This document shows positions 9,424 to 21,062 of a DNA stretch of 45,808 bases, in pieces. A model generated the notes under the pieces. It worked only from the letters and a program-made list of their open reading frames with translations, was not told where the DNA came from and did not search any database. Positions within the stretch are counted from its first letter, which is position 1. The number at the start of each line of letters is the position of its first letter. Origin of the DNA: Octopus sinensis (Eukaryota); the NCBI RefSeq assembly GCF_006345805.1, contig NW_021828078.1:1-45808 (forward strand), given 5' to 3'. The position numbers and the translations under genes are program-made.

Positions 9424-10131
9424 GGATTTCCTGGAAAGTTCCGAGGATGAGACTTCATGGAGAACTCCGAGGTTGGGAGTTGAGACTTCCTGGAAAATAT
9501 CGTGGAACGTTCCGAGGAGAGACTTGAGACTTCCTGGAAACTTCCGTTGATTTCCTGGAGAGTTTCGAGGATGAAACTCCATGGAAAATTCAGAGGACTT
9601 CCTGGAAAATTCCGAGGGCTTCCTGGAAAATTCCGAGGATTTCCTGCAAAGTTCCAAGAAAGAGACTTACTGGAAAACTCAGAGGACTTCCTGGAAAGTT
9701 CCGAGGATGAGACTTTAGTCTTCCTGGAAAATTCCTAGGATTTCCTGGAAAGTTCCGTGGATGAGACTTCCTCGAAAATTGAGAGGACTTCGTAGAAAGT
9801 TCCGAGGATGAGACTTCCAGTAAAATTCCGATGATTTCCTGTAAAGTTCCCAGGATGAGACTTGAGATTTTCTGGAAAATTGGGAGGATTTCCTAGGAAG
9901 TTCCGAGAAAGAGACTTCCTGGAATGTTACCTCCTGGAAAATTCCGAGGATTTCCTGGAAACTTCCGATGTTGCGACTTCCTTTGAAAATTCCGGATTTC
10001 CCTGGAAATTTCCGAGGATAAGGCTTCCTGGGAAATTCCGATGGCTTCCAGGAAACTTCCGAGGATGAGCCGTGATACTTCCTGGAAAATTTCGAGGATA
10101 CCCTGGAAAGTTCCGTGGATGAGACTTCCTG
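9424..10131. repeat. Minisatellite with mixed 21-bp and 26-bp units (core ACTTCCTGGAAA(A/G)TTCCGAGG, with or without ATGAG)
   Basis: Roughly 30 degenerate units. Short and long units often alternate, giving ~47-bp higher-order periodicity. Confidence 0.92.
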
Positions 10132-10133
10132 TT

Positions 10134-10342
10134 ATGGAATACATTCATAAACACCAACTCAAGGAGTATTGGTGGAATATTCCCATCATACATAACAGAC
10201 GGGATATTGTTGGGGCAGAGGGGCAAAGGTATGTATCATCACAGAGGTCAGCTGCCCTGCAGATATAAATATCTCTTTGAAAATCAAAGAAAAAGTGGAT
10301 ATCTATGGACAACTGCATCGAAACCTCCAGCTTCTATATCCA
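10134..10342 (+). mobile_element. Frameshifted fragment of a restriction-like endonuclease domain from an R4/Dong-type non-LTR retrotransposon
   Basis: Translates as EYWWNIPIIHNRRDIV, then after a frameshift EVSCPADINISLKIKEKVDIYGQLHRNLQLLYP, matching the HNRPDIV ... (D/E)vxxP ... K-x-x-x-Y pattern of RLE domains. Confidence 0.7.
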
Positions 10343-10467
10343 GGAGCACTAAGTTTTGTTAGTGGAGTGAAGTACGAATATGCAGTGCGTGTGTTCATTT
10401 GACAAAAAAAAACGACCGTCCCATAATACAACAACATATGTATGTAATGTAATGTATGTATGTGTGA

Positions 10468-10750
10468 AGGTGCGCGGTCAAGTGGTTGCGCTCACGATCG
10501 TGAAATCGCAGTTTCGATTCTCAAACCGGCTGCGCGTTGTCTTCTCGCACTTCAATTTACCTTGCTCCAGTTCATTCCCCCGTAAATAGGTAACCTCGAG
10601 AGGGACTAGCCTGCCTATTAGAAAATTTTTTAGCATACTCGCCTAACTAGTAGGGTTGGCATCATTCGAAAACTAAAAATCTTTACGAAGCGCACTGTGA
10701 CCAGCGAGGTACGGCAACACTCGAACGTTTGGTCTATACAGTGATCCCGT
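10468..10750 (+). mobile_element. Diverged tRNA-derived SINE (group C)
   Basis: A-box-like gcgcggtcaagtggt, B-box-like gtttcgattctc, then gcgttgtc as in the copy at 20735. The 3' boundary is approximate. Confidence 0.55.
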
Positions 10751-11059
10751 GATGTGTACATGTATGTGCGCATGCATATGTGTTTTCTATATATTTTTTT
10801 TAATTATTTGAAATCTTCCTGTGCGGAGGAAGATGTTTTCTGACAAAAATAGAAAGCTGTATCACTGGAATGTAGATAGCAAAAAAACAATGTCACATTT
10901 TTGTAAAAGGTCTTTGCATATTTTTACGATTTTTGCTTCTGGTTTGTATTTCTTATGTGCGAGCCAGCTGGTTGATTTCTTCTTCAGAAAATCCTTAGTT
11001 TTTTTTTTTCCCCAAATGATCACTCCGGCTTTATGAATCTATTCTTTTGTTCTTTTATT

Positions 11060-11221
11060 TGTTTATTTGTTTCAGTCATTTGACTGCGGCCATGCTGGAG
11101 CACCACATTTAGTCGAACGAATCGACTCCAGGACTTATTCTTCGTAAGCCTTGTACTCGTTCTATCGCTAAGTTACGGTCGTCAAGCGATGGTGGGGGAA
11201 CAAACACAGACACGCAAGCAC

Positions 11222-11257
<36 letters not shown>

Positions 11258-11421
11258 CGATGGGCTTCTTTCAGTTTCCGTCAACCAAATCCACTCACAA
11301 GGCTTTGGTCGGCGCGAGGTTATAGTAGAAGACACTTCCCCAAGATACCACGCAATGGGACTGAACCCGGAGCCATGTGACTGGGAAGTAAACCATGTAC
11401 CACACAGCCACGCCTGCACCT
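11060..11421 (-). mobile_element. SINE family A (tRNA head, CORE-like segment), near full length with an internal deletion
   Basis: Reverse complement of the 22099-22490 copy; internal (CA)n spacer. Confidence 0.9.
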
Positions 11422-12209
11422 ATGTATGTATGTTCTTCTCTTTTCCATTTAAACTTAGAATTAATTTTGACCGGCCATCATACATACATACATACATGTG
11501 TTACCAATTCTTGCTAGAAATTAGCAATTTTCTTGGATAGAAAACGCTTATTTTAATTCTGTGTTGCGGTAATCAGAAATTCCAGCTACAACATGACAAA
11601 CGTATATTTCGAAGACCAATTAGTTATCTTGTATAATGGCACAACAAGTGTGTTTATTCCTCTAATAGTGTTTCACAAAGAACCCACAGCTTGCTTTAAT
11701 TGTATAGCTTATTAATTTTGTTTTGCTTACCTCCCCTTTGTTCTTGTATTTGTTGTTGCTCTGGCAATTGTCATGGTTGCTCTTGAGAGTGTTCACGCAG
11801 TTATTAATCTTTACTGTTATTGTTATAATCGTTGTTGTCTGCCGTTTATTTTTTGTTGCTTGCGATGTTTTAATAATAGATGCAGTCGTTTCTGATACTG
11901 GTCTTCACTTTCCTCCAGACTCATAAAAATCCTGGATCGAGCACACCAATAATCCAAAGCATTCCACTCGTGGCCATTCCTTTTTCTTTTTCTCTTTGTA
12001 TTTTGAGAGCCATGACGTATTTACTTACGCTATTCTTGCTTTGTGAGTTCAAATCCCGTCAAAATCAAATTTTGCTTTTCATCCTTGTGGGATTGGCAAA
12101 AATAAAGCACCAGTTATATATTAAGGATGTTTTGCATTCCCATGATGCATTTTTGATGTGAACGAAATTGTAGTAGTAGTATAGTAGTAGTAGTAGTAGT
12201 AGTAGTAGT

Positions 12210-12247
<38 letters not shown>

Positions 12248-12659
12248 TATATGTATGTGAAAATGTGTGTACCCGTGTTTTTTCTTTGTGTGGGGGCGTG
12301 TGTTTGTGTATGTGTGTATGTATAAGCTTGTCTATATGTACATATGTCCGTATATGCGTATGTGGCTTTGTGTTAGTACATGTTTGTATGCTTACGTGCA
12401 TATGTGTATGCATGTGTGATTCTGTATGTATGCTTGCGTTTTCCGTATTTATATATATATATATGTGCGTGTACGTGTGTGTGGTTGTTAGTTTGGCGTA
12501 TGTGTGTGTGTCTGTGCTAGCACAGGGGTTGGCAAGGTAGACTTCTCCCCATCCAACACCTCACAGATATTATCAGAATGAATTACAAGGTGACATCATT
12601 GATGACAGCGATGACATAATTAGACTAATAACCGTGGTATTAGTCAGTGGAAAAGTGCT

Positions 12660-13333
12660 GACAGTGATGGTGGCGATGATGATGATGATGGTGGTGGTGG
12701 TGGTGATGGTGGTGGTGGTGGATGTTGTTGGTAGTGGCGGTGGCGATAGTGTTGATAATGGTAGTTGTGGTGGTGGTGGTGGTGGTGGTGGCAGTAGAGG
12801 TGGTTGTGGTGATAGTAGTGGTGATGAAAGTATTGCTGGTGGTAGTGGTAAAGGCGGTAGTGGACGTGGTGGTGATAATGGTGATGGTGGTGTGGAGTGA
12901 AGTGGTAGTAGTAGTGGTAGTAGTGATGGTGGTGATGGCGGAGGGGGATGTCGATGGGTGTGGTTGGGTTGATGGTTGCTCTGATAGTCGCGGTGATATC
13001 TGGCTGATGACAGAAGGGATTAAAACAAACTAATCGTTTGAATGATGACGATGACGATCATGATGATGATGATAATAATGATGGTGATGATGATGATGAT
13101 GATAATGATGATGATGACGACGATGATGATGGTGATAATGAGGATTATATTTCTGGTTTGGAAATGGTTGTTTTGGTTGTACGTGGAATTGTGAGGTAGG
13201 AGAGGGGAAGGGGGGAGTGAAATGATAGTTCGATAACAGGACGATGAGGTTACTGGAGTGATTATTGTTCATGTTATTATTGATGGTGATGATGATGATG
13301 GTGATGATGATGATGGGGATGGGGATGATGACG

Positions 13334-13404
<71 letters not shown>

Positions 13405-13557
13405 GATGATATGATGATGGGGATGATCGTGATGATGATGATATGATGGTGATGATGATGATGATAAGATGATGATGGGTGATGATATGATGATGGGAGA
13501 TGATGATGATGATGATGTTGATGATGATGATGATGAAGATGATGATGGGGATGATCG

Positions 13558-13591
<34 letters not shown>

Positions 13592-13719
13592 GATGATGAT
13601 GGTGATGATGATGATGATGATGGTGAATGATGATGATGATGATGATGAATGATGATGGTATGATATGATGATGATAATGATGATGATGATGATGATGATG
13701 AGATGATGATGGTGATGAC

Positions 13720-13756
<37 letters not shown>

Positions 13757-13930
13757 GGGATGATGATGACGATGACGACGACGAAGACAACGACGACGAT
13801 GATAATGATGGCGATTGTGTTAGTGATGGTAGTGATGTTAGCGGTGGTGGTGTTGTCGGCGTCATAGTATAATGATAATGACGATGGTGATGATGATAGT
13901 GATGGTGCTGTTGATGTTGATGTTGAGGAA
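12660..13930. repeat. Compound (GGT)n/(GAT)n trinucleotide array
   Basis: Long GGT and GAT/GAC runs; these produce the poly-V, poly-D, poly-H and poly-S pseudo-ORFs. Confidence 0.95.
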
Positions 13931-14027
13931 GAAGAGGATGGGGAGAAGGTGGAGAAAGAGAAGGGGAGGAGGGAGATGAGGAGAAGGAAGAAGTGTAGGA
14001 AAAGGAAGGGAGTAGGAGGAAGAATAA

Positions 14028-14151
14028 AGAAGAAGAAGAAGAAGAAGAAGAAGAAGAAGAAGAAGAAGAAGAAGAAGAAGAAGAAGAAGAAGAAGAAGAA
14101 GAAGAAGAAGAAGAAGAAGAAGAAGAAGAAGAAGAAGAAGAAGAAGAAGAA
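14028..14151. repeat. Pure (GAA)n tract, about 41 units
   Basis: Uninterrupted GAA repeat, directly followed by a 5'-truncated SINE B fragment (14152-14255). Confidence 0.95.
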
Positions 14152-14600
14152 GCGAAACGCTTAGCGGTATTTCGTCTGTCTTCATGTTCTGAGTTCGAAT
14201 GTTGCCGTTGGTCGACTTTGCCTTTTATCCTTTCGGGGTCGATAAATTAAGTACATATACGCCTCGATACATACATCCATTCACCCATGTATAAACACAA
14301 ACACAGACACACACACACAGACACCCCCACCCCCACACACACAAACACACAAACACACATGTACTCGCACATACATACAACATGCATACATGTACTTACA
14401 TAGATACAAACATACAAACATACAAACATGCATGCATACATATGTATGTACATACATACGAACGCACGTATTCACATTCATACATACATTCAAACATACA
14501 TACATACATACATACATTCATACATACATACATGTATACATACATATATACAAATCTGCATACATACATACATACATACATACATACATACATACATAAC

Positions 14601-14905
14601 TATTGACAACTGCTTCGAGACTTGCAGCTTCTATATCCAAATTACAAATTCACCTTTATACCAATAATAATCGGTGCTCTTCGTTCTGTGAATAAATGCC
14701 TGAACAAAAATCTGGATAACCTGGGGTTTTCAAGAAAAGAAATCCACCACTTAACTCGCAAATTATAAACACAATCTTTAAGTAGAACAGAAAAACTTGC
14801 TAGACTTTTCTCAAGTTTAAAATGTGACATTATTTTTGTTAACTACATTCCTAAGCATGATGCTTTGTACCGTTATTAGAAAACATCTTTCTAAAAGGAA
14901 GAATT
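14601..14905 (+). mobile_element. R4/Dong-type non-LTR retrotransposon C-terminal fragment and probable 3' UTR, next to (CATA)n
   Basis: Translates QLLRDLQLLYPNYKFTFIPIIIGALRSVNKCLNKNLDNLGFS...; PIIIGAL(G) is typical of R4/Dong C-termini. The first ~39 nt are homologous to the end of the 10134-10342 fragment. Contains in-frame stops. Confidence 0.72.
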
Positions 14906-15351
14906 GGATCTTTTCGGTTTGACCTGCAGTTTTTACTAGCGGTGTCATATGAAATTGTCACCCATAATTATAACCCTAGTATCGATCTATTGCATTTCAA
15001 TCTGTTTTAGGGTTAGGGTTAGAGTTAGGGTTAGTTAGGGTTAGGGTTAGGGGTGGGGAGAAGGGTATCTTTTTTTCTTCACAAATGTAAATAAACCCAA
15101 TCTGTTTCTTAAACGAGGGACATATTCATATGGCACAGAATGTTTTTTACCCCAATAGACGTCATTGATTGGTTGAAATTGCAGAAATTGAAGAAAAGAT
15201 GCAACAAATATCTTACAAACTATAGAATTTTCTCAATAAAGCCAAGAGAAAAAGATGTTTTATAAACACATTCTACCAGTATACGAAGTTTAAAAGAGTT
15301 TAGTTACGTGGAAATTATTTTAAAAAACTGCCGTTCAAACCGAAAAGATCC
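14906..15351. mobile_element. ~446 bp non-autonomous TIR element with internal TTAGGG repeats
   Basis: Ends GGATCTTTTCGGTTTGAcctGCAGTTTTT ... AAAAACTGCCGTTCAAACCGAAAAGATCC; ttagggttagggttagagttagggttagttagggttagggttagggg at about 15007-15053. Second copy at 19786-20661. Confidence 0.9.
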
Positions 15352-15604
15352 AAAACATCTTTCTAAGAGGAAGAATTGAAAGAATTGAAGACGGAAGATA
15401 ACATACACACATATACGTATTTACGTTAATATTCACTCATGCAGTACTGGTTATAACAAGTCCTAAAACACATCAGAACACGCGGTGGGACAAAACTAGA
15501 AACTTACGTGGTTGCGAAACGTACTTCTGAACCACACAGACATAGATACCTTTTTTTTTAATGTGTTTTTACGAGTTATTATGTTTACAATATTTAATCA
15601 ATTA

Positions 15605-16007
15605 AAGGCGACGAGCTGGCAGAAACGTTAGCATGCCGGGCGAAATGTTTAGCGGCATTTCGTCTGCCGTTACGTTCTGAGTTCAAACTCCGCTGAGGTC
15701 GACTTTGCCTTTCATCCTTTCGGAGTCGATGAATTAAGTATCAGTTATGCACTGGGGTCGATGTAATCGACTTAATCTATTTGTCTGCCCTTGTTTGTCC
15801 TCTCTGTGTTTAGCCCTTTGTGGGTAGTAAAGAAATAGGTATTTCGTCTGTCTTAACGTTCTGAGTTCAAATTCCGTCGAGGTCGACTTTGCTTTTCACG
15901 CTTTCTGGGCTTATAAATTAAGTACCAGTTGCATACTGGGGTAGATCTAATCGACTGGCCCCCCTCCCCTAAAATTTCGGACCTTGTGCCAAGAGTAGAA
16001 AAGAATA
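15605..16007 (+). mobile_element. SINE family B (tRNA head, Meta-domain-like core), tandem dimer
   Basis: aaggcgacgagctggcagaaacgttagc head, B-box-like gagttcaaactcc, core gtcgactttgcctttcatcctttcggagtcgat; the body repeats after aaagaaatagg. Confidence 0.9.
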
Positions 16008-16122
16008 TTTAAACAATCACGTTTTCTTTTAAATTTTGAGGGAGGCATTGATAAAATCGGTATTAATAAAATCATGTAACAAGTCTTATTTTAATAAATT
16101 TATTCTATCTCCACTCATAGAT

Positions 16123-16700
16123 ATTCTTTTCTACTCTAGGCACAAGGCCCGAAATTTTTAGGGAGGGTGCCAGACAATTATATCGACCCTAGTACGCAAC
16201 TGGTACTTAATTTATCGACTCCGAAAGGATGGAAAGCAATGTCGACCATGGCGGAATTTGGACTCAGAACGTAAAGATAGACGAAATACCTAATTCTTTA
16301 CTACCCACAAGGGGTTAAACACAGAGAGGACAAACAAGGACAGACAAACGGATTAAGTCGATTATATCGACCCCAGCGCGTAACTGGTACTTATTTAATC
16401 GACCCCGAAAGGATGAAAGGCAAAGTCGACCTCGACGGAATTTGAACTCAGATCGTAAAGACAGACGAAATACCTGTTTATTACCCACAGGGGCCTAAAC
16501 ATAGAGGGGACAAACAAGGACAGACAAACGGATTAAGTCGATTATATCGACCCCAGTGCGTAACTGGTACTTAATTTATCGACCCCGAAAGGATGAAAGG
16601 CGAAGTCGAGCTCAGCGGAATTTGAAATCAGAACGTAGCAGCAGACGAAATACCGCTAAGCATTGCGCCCGGCGTGCTAACGATTCTGCCAGCTCGCCAC
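16123..16700 (-). mobile_element. SINE family B, tandem trimer
   Basis: Three reverse-complement copies of the body; the head ends at gccagctcgccacc (~16700). Confidence 0.9.
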
Positions 16701-17420
16701 CTTCCTCCACTCATAGATATTGCAACAAAGTCCGCCGAGCTCTCTTTACCTTTCTTCCTTTCGAGGCTGATAAAATAGGTACCAGTTGAAGACTGGAGTC
16801 GATGTAATCGACTTACCTTACTCTGAAGTTGCTGCTCTTGTGCTAAATTTTGAAATCAACATTGTCTTGTTGCTTTTTATTTTTTCCTGTGAAATAGTTA
16901 CGTTTAATCGGCTTGCTTCGCTTGTCTGTATGAATTCATGTGTGAATTGCAGGTATGCGCATGTGTCAATCTATCTGTCTTTCATTGCTCTCTTATCTTT
17001 CTGTCATTGTGACCTCAAAGCAATCGCATAGCGGGCAGTTACCCGGTGGCTTTCAAGGATCTATGGGCTCAATTTTGGTCTATATATACAATAGCTTGTA
17101 GGCAATAAATAAATACTATTGAACTCAGTGCATGAATTTGTCTGAGAACCTATAAAGCTGCTACGTCACGCACGTGCACACACAAACACACACAAAGACG
17201 ACGGGATTTGGTCGGCTCGCGGCTATAGTAGAAAACACTGAACCCGTGTGTACCACACAGCTGCATCTATGTATATATATGTTTGTATTGATATGAGCAT
17301 GAATGTGTGTATGTATGGGTATATGTATATTTGCATAGACGTACACATGTATGCATGTGTATATATATATATGTATATATATAAATACACACACAAACAC
17401 ACACACATACACACATATAT

Positions 17421-17582
17421 ACGACGGGCTTCTTTCAGTTTCCGACTACCAAATCCACTCACAAGGCTTTGGTCGGCCCGAGGCTATAGTAGAAGACACT
17501 TGCCGAAGGTGCCACACAGTGGGACTGAACTCGGAACTATGTGGTTGGTAAGCAAGCTACACACCACACAACCACTCCTGCG

Positions 17583-17585
<3 letters not shown>
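17421..17585 (-). mobile_element. SINE family A, 5' half
   Basis: acgacgggcttctttcagtttcc...ccactcctgcgcct. A smaller deleted fragment lies at about 17197-17262. Confidence 0.9.
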
Positions 17586-17640
<55 letters not shown>

Positions 17641-17651
17641 ATATATTATAT

Positions 17652-17684
<33 letters not shown>

Positions 17685-18047
17685 GTTTATTTATGTATAC
17701 AAGAATATGTGTATGCGTGTATTTTGTGTATGCAACAAATATATTTGTGTGGTATGCAAATGTGTGTGTATGCGTGTGTGATATAATTGTGATGCATAAA
17801 TAACGTGCACGTCTGTGTGTGTCTATGATATCCATATATATATGTATATACACGTGTATGCATTTCATTATGTGCACAGTATATGTATGTGTATTAGAGT
17901 CTGTGTGTGTTGTATGTATATTGTGTGCATGTATGCATGATGAACGTGCGCGTGAAAGATGTATGTGTTTGTGTGTGTGTTTCCCCTAGTAAATCAATGC
18001 CATTTGCGTTCGTAGTATGAGTATATATTAGTGTGTGTGTGTGTGTA

Positions 18048-18097
<50 letters not shown>

Positions 18098-19119
18098 TGT
18101 TATACAAATATATATATATATATATATATACATACATACATACATATGTGTGTGAGTGTGTGTGTGCTGTACAAGTGTATTTTTGTATGTGTGCGTATGA
18201 GTGTGCGCGCGTATGCAGGTATACTTGTATGTATGCATGCATGCATGCATGTATGTATCTATGTGCGTGTATATATATATATATGTACATATGTGTGTAT
18301 TCAGGTGTGTGAAAGGGTGTACATATGCTGCGTGTGTGCCTGATATATGTGAGAGCATGAGTGTGTATGCATGTTTGTCTGTGTGTATGTGTGTGTGTGT
18401 GTATGCATATATGCGTGCGCGTGCGTCTGAGTGTGTGTGTATGCGCGAACGCATGTGTGTGCGTGTGTGTGCGCGCATGTGTGTGTGTGTGTGCATGTGT
18501 GTGTATGTGCTCGCGCTTGTGTACGCGTGCGTAATGGGAATAAGGAAGTTGCTGGCATCCATTCAGATGGTGATGGCTCTGTTAATTAGCATCGTTACTC
18601 AAAGCTTTCCTGAACCATTCCATTGCTACAAAGAACTCAACAGACCTCACACAGAGTGTTAACGGTGCATATCGGTGGCGCCACCTTTACTGTTAAATCA
18701 CTGTAATGGGCTCGCTTCCTCTTTGTGTTTTTCTGGAATAACGCAGCCTATCACGGCTCTTCCTTCCATGGCGTCTCCTCTGAAATAGATGTGTCGAAGC
18801 GATCGTCTGCCGTGTTGCGGTACCGTGTAAATAGTGCGTTGTAGTACTACGCATATACAAGTGTCGTGCATTAGGACTGTGCAATCAGTTTGAATATTCT
18901 GATGACATACTGTGTTGTGTTTGTAATGGTATTTGTGATGGGAACTTGTGTAGTGACATCCTTAGATACTGCGTTGTAGTTATTAATACCTTGTTTCCAC
19001 TGTGTGCGTAGTATTACTATGTTGTGTATAGTTAGGATTGTGTAGTAATAAACACCGATGTGTTGAGTGAATAGTTAGGACTACTTTTTTCTTTTTTTTT
19101 CTTTGTCTTTTTTTTAAAA

Positions 19120-19225
19120 TTGTTTCAGTCATTAGACTACGGCCATGTTGGGGCACCGCCTTGAAAAATGATTCTTTTAGTCGAACAAATCGACTCTAGT
19201 ACTTCTTGTAATAAATACCACTGTA
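19120..19225 (-). mobile_element. SINE family A, 3' fragment
   Basis: ttgtttcagtcattagactacggccatgttggggcaccgcc matches the family tail. Confidence 0.75.
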
Positions 19226-19257
19226 TTGTGTGTGTGCGTGCGTGCTTGTGTGCGTGC

Positions 19258-19295
<38 letters not shown>

Positions 19296-19746
19296 TGTGT
19301 GTGTGTGTATTTGTTTGTGTGTGCCAGTGACGTATGCTGGTTGTTGTATCGGGTGTGCTGCTACACCCAATGCCACCAAATTTCAAGCAGGGTTGTAAGA
19401 AAAGTTTTTCTCATTAAGACCTGTAATATTAAATTAATGAGTAAGGTTAATATTCATAAAGAATTCGCCATTTTCCGATGGGTGTGCAGCACACACCTAA
19501 CGCACCCGAAATATACACCCCTGGAGTGTGTGTGTGTATTAGAAGTGTGTAGTAAAAAACAGTATTATGTTGTAATAGTGTGTAATGATAATAAGACAGC
19601 GTAGTAATATATAGTAACGTGTGTTTTGCGTGTAGTAGGATCGTGTAAATAATGAGAAGTGTTGTGCTGTATGTGTAGCCTTGATGTGTAGCAAACAGAA
19701 TGTAATGGGGGTTGATATTCTGTAAGTGACACTGCGCAGTAATAAT

Positions 19747-19781
<35 letters not shown>

Positions 19782-19785
19782 TTAG

Positions 19786-20661
19786 GGATCTTTTCGGTTT
19801 GAACGGCAGTTTTTTCTAGCGGTGTCATACTCTTTTACTCTTTTACTTGTTTCAGTCATTTGACTGCGGCCATGCTGGAGCATCGCCTTTAGTCGAGCAA
19901 ATCGACCCCGGGACTTATTCTTTGTAAGCCCAGTACTTATTCTATCGGTCTCTTTTGCCGAACCGCTAAGTGACGGGGACGTAAACACACCAGCATCGGT
20001 TGTCAAGCAATGCTTGAGGGACAAACACAGACACACAAACATATACATACACATACATACATATATATATACATATATATATACGACAGGCTTCTTTCAG
20101 TTTCCGTCTACCAAATCCACTCACAAGGCATTGGTCGGCCCGAGGCTATAGCAGAAGACACTTGCCCAAGATGCCACGCAGTGGGACTGAACCCAGAACC
20201 ATGTGGTTGGTAGGCAAGCTACATACAACACAGCCACTACTGCGTCATATGAAATTTTCACCCATAATTATGACCCCAGTATCGATCTATTGCATTTCAA
20301 TCTGCTTTAGGGTTAGGGTTAGAGTTAGGGTTAGTTAGGGTTAGGGTTAGGATCAAGGTTAGGGTGGGGGGAAGTTATCTTTTTTTTCTTCAGAAATGTA
20401 AATAAACCCAATCTGTTTCTTGAACGAGGGACATATTCATACGACACAGAATGTTTTCACCTCAATAGACGTCATTGTTTGGTTGAAATTGCAGAAATTG
20501 AAGAGAAACAACAACAAATATCTTACAAACAGTAGAATTTTCTCAATAAAGCCAAGAGAAAAAGATGTTTTATAAACATATTCTACCAGTATACGAAGTT
20601 TAAAAGTGTTTAGTTACGTGGAAATTATTTTTAAAAACTGCCGTTCAAACCGAAAAGATCC
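19786..20661. mobile_element. Second copy of the TTAGGG-bearing TIR element, inserted in (TAG)n and interrupted by a SINE
   Basis: TIRs GGATCTTTTCGGTTTGAACGGCAGTTTTT / AAAAACTGCCGTTCAAACCGAAAAGATCC; the body is colinear with 14906-15351 once 19830-20249 is removed. Confidence 0.92.
19830..20243 (-). mobile_element. SINE family A, full length, nested in the TIR element
   Basis: Flanked by the direct repeat GTCATA (19824-19829 and 20244-20249), which is single in the uninterrupted copy. Confidence 0.92.
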
Positions 20662-20734
20662 TAGTAGTAGTAGTAGTGGTGGGGGTGCTGGTGGTGGTGG
20701 TGGTAGTGGTGGTGGTAGTAGTAGTTGTAGTGAA

Positions 20735-21062
20735 TGCGCGTGGCTTAGTGGTTAGGGCATTTGGCTCCTCGCGACAATCATAAAGTCGTGAGTTCGATTC
20801 CCTGCGGCGCGTTGTGTCCTTGAGCAAGATCCTTTATTTTCACGTTGCTGCAGTCCACTTAGCTGGCAAGAATGAGTAGTACGTGTATTTCGGAGGGTCG
20901 GCCTTGTTACACTCTGTGTTACGCTGAATCTCCCTGAGAAATATGTGAAGGGGTACGTGTGTCTGTGGAGTGCTCAGCCACTGGCACGTTAATCTCACAG
21001 GCGGCCTGTTCTCTTGATCGGATCAACTGGAACCCTCGTGGTCATAAGCGACGGAGAGCCAG
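20735..21062 (+). mobile_element. tRNA-derived SINE (group C)
   Basis: A box tggcttagtggt, B box gagttcgattcc, then gtgtccttgagcaaga; embedded in (TAG)n. Confidence 0.8.

Noticed and set aside
9424-10131. CRISPR-like appearance of the regularly spaced repeats (also 33442-34106)
   Set aside because: Units are contiguous with no unique spacers, there are no cas genes, and the context is eukaryotic.
15007-15053. TTAGGG array as a true telomere or chromosome-fusion scar (also ~20307-20365)
   Set aside because: Both arrays are short and lie at the same position inside two copies of a TIR element.
20735-20815. tRNA genes at SINE heads (also 26680-26752 and 42620-42696)
   Set aside because: A and B boxes are present, but I see no complete cloverleaf, and each continues into a SINE body.
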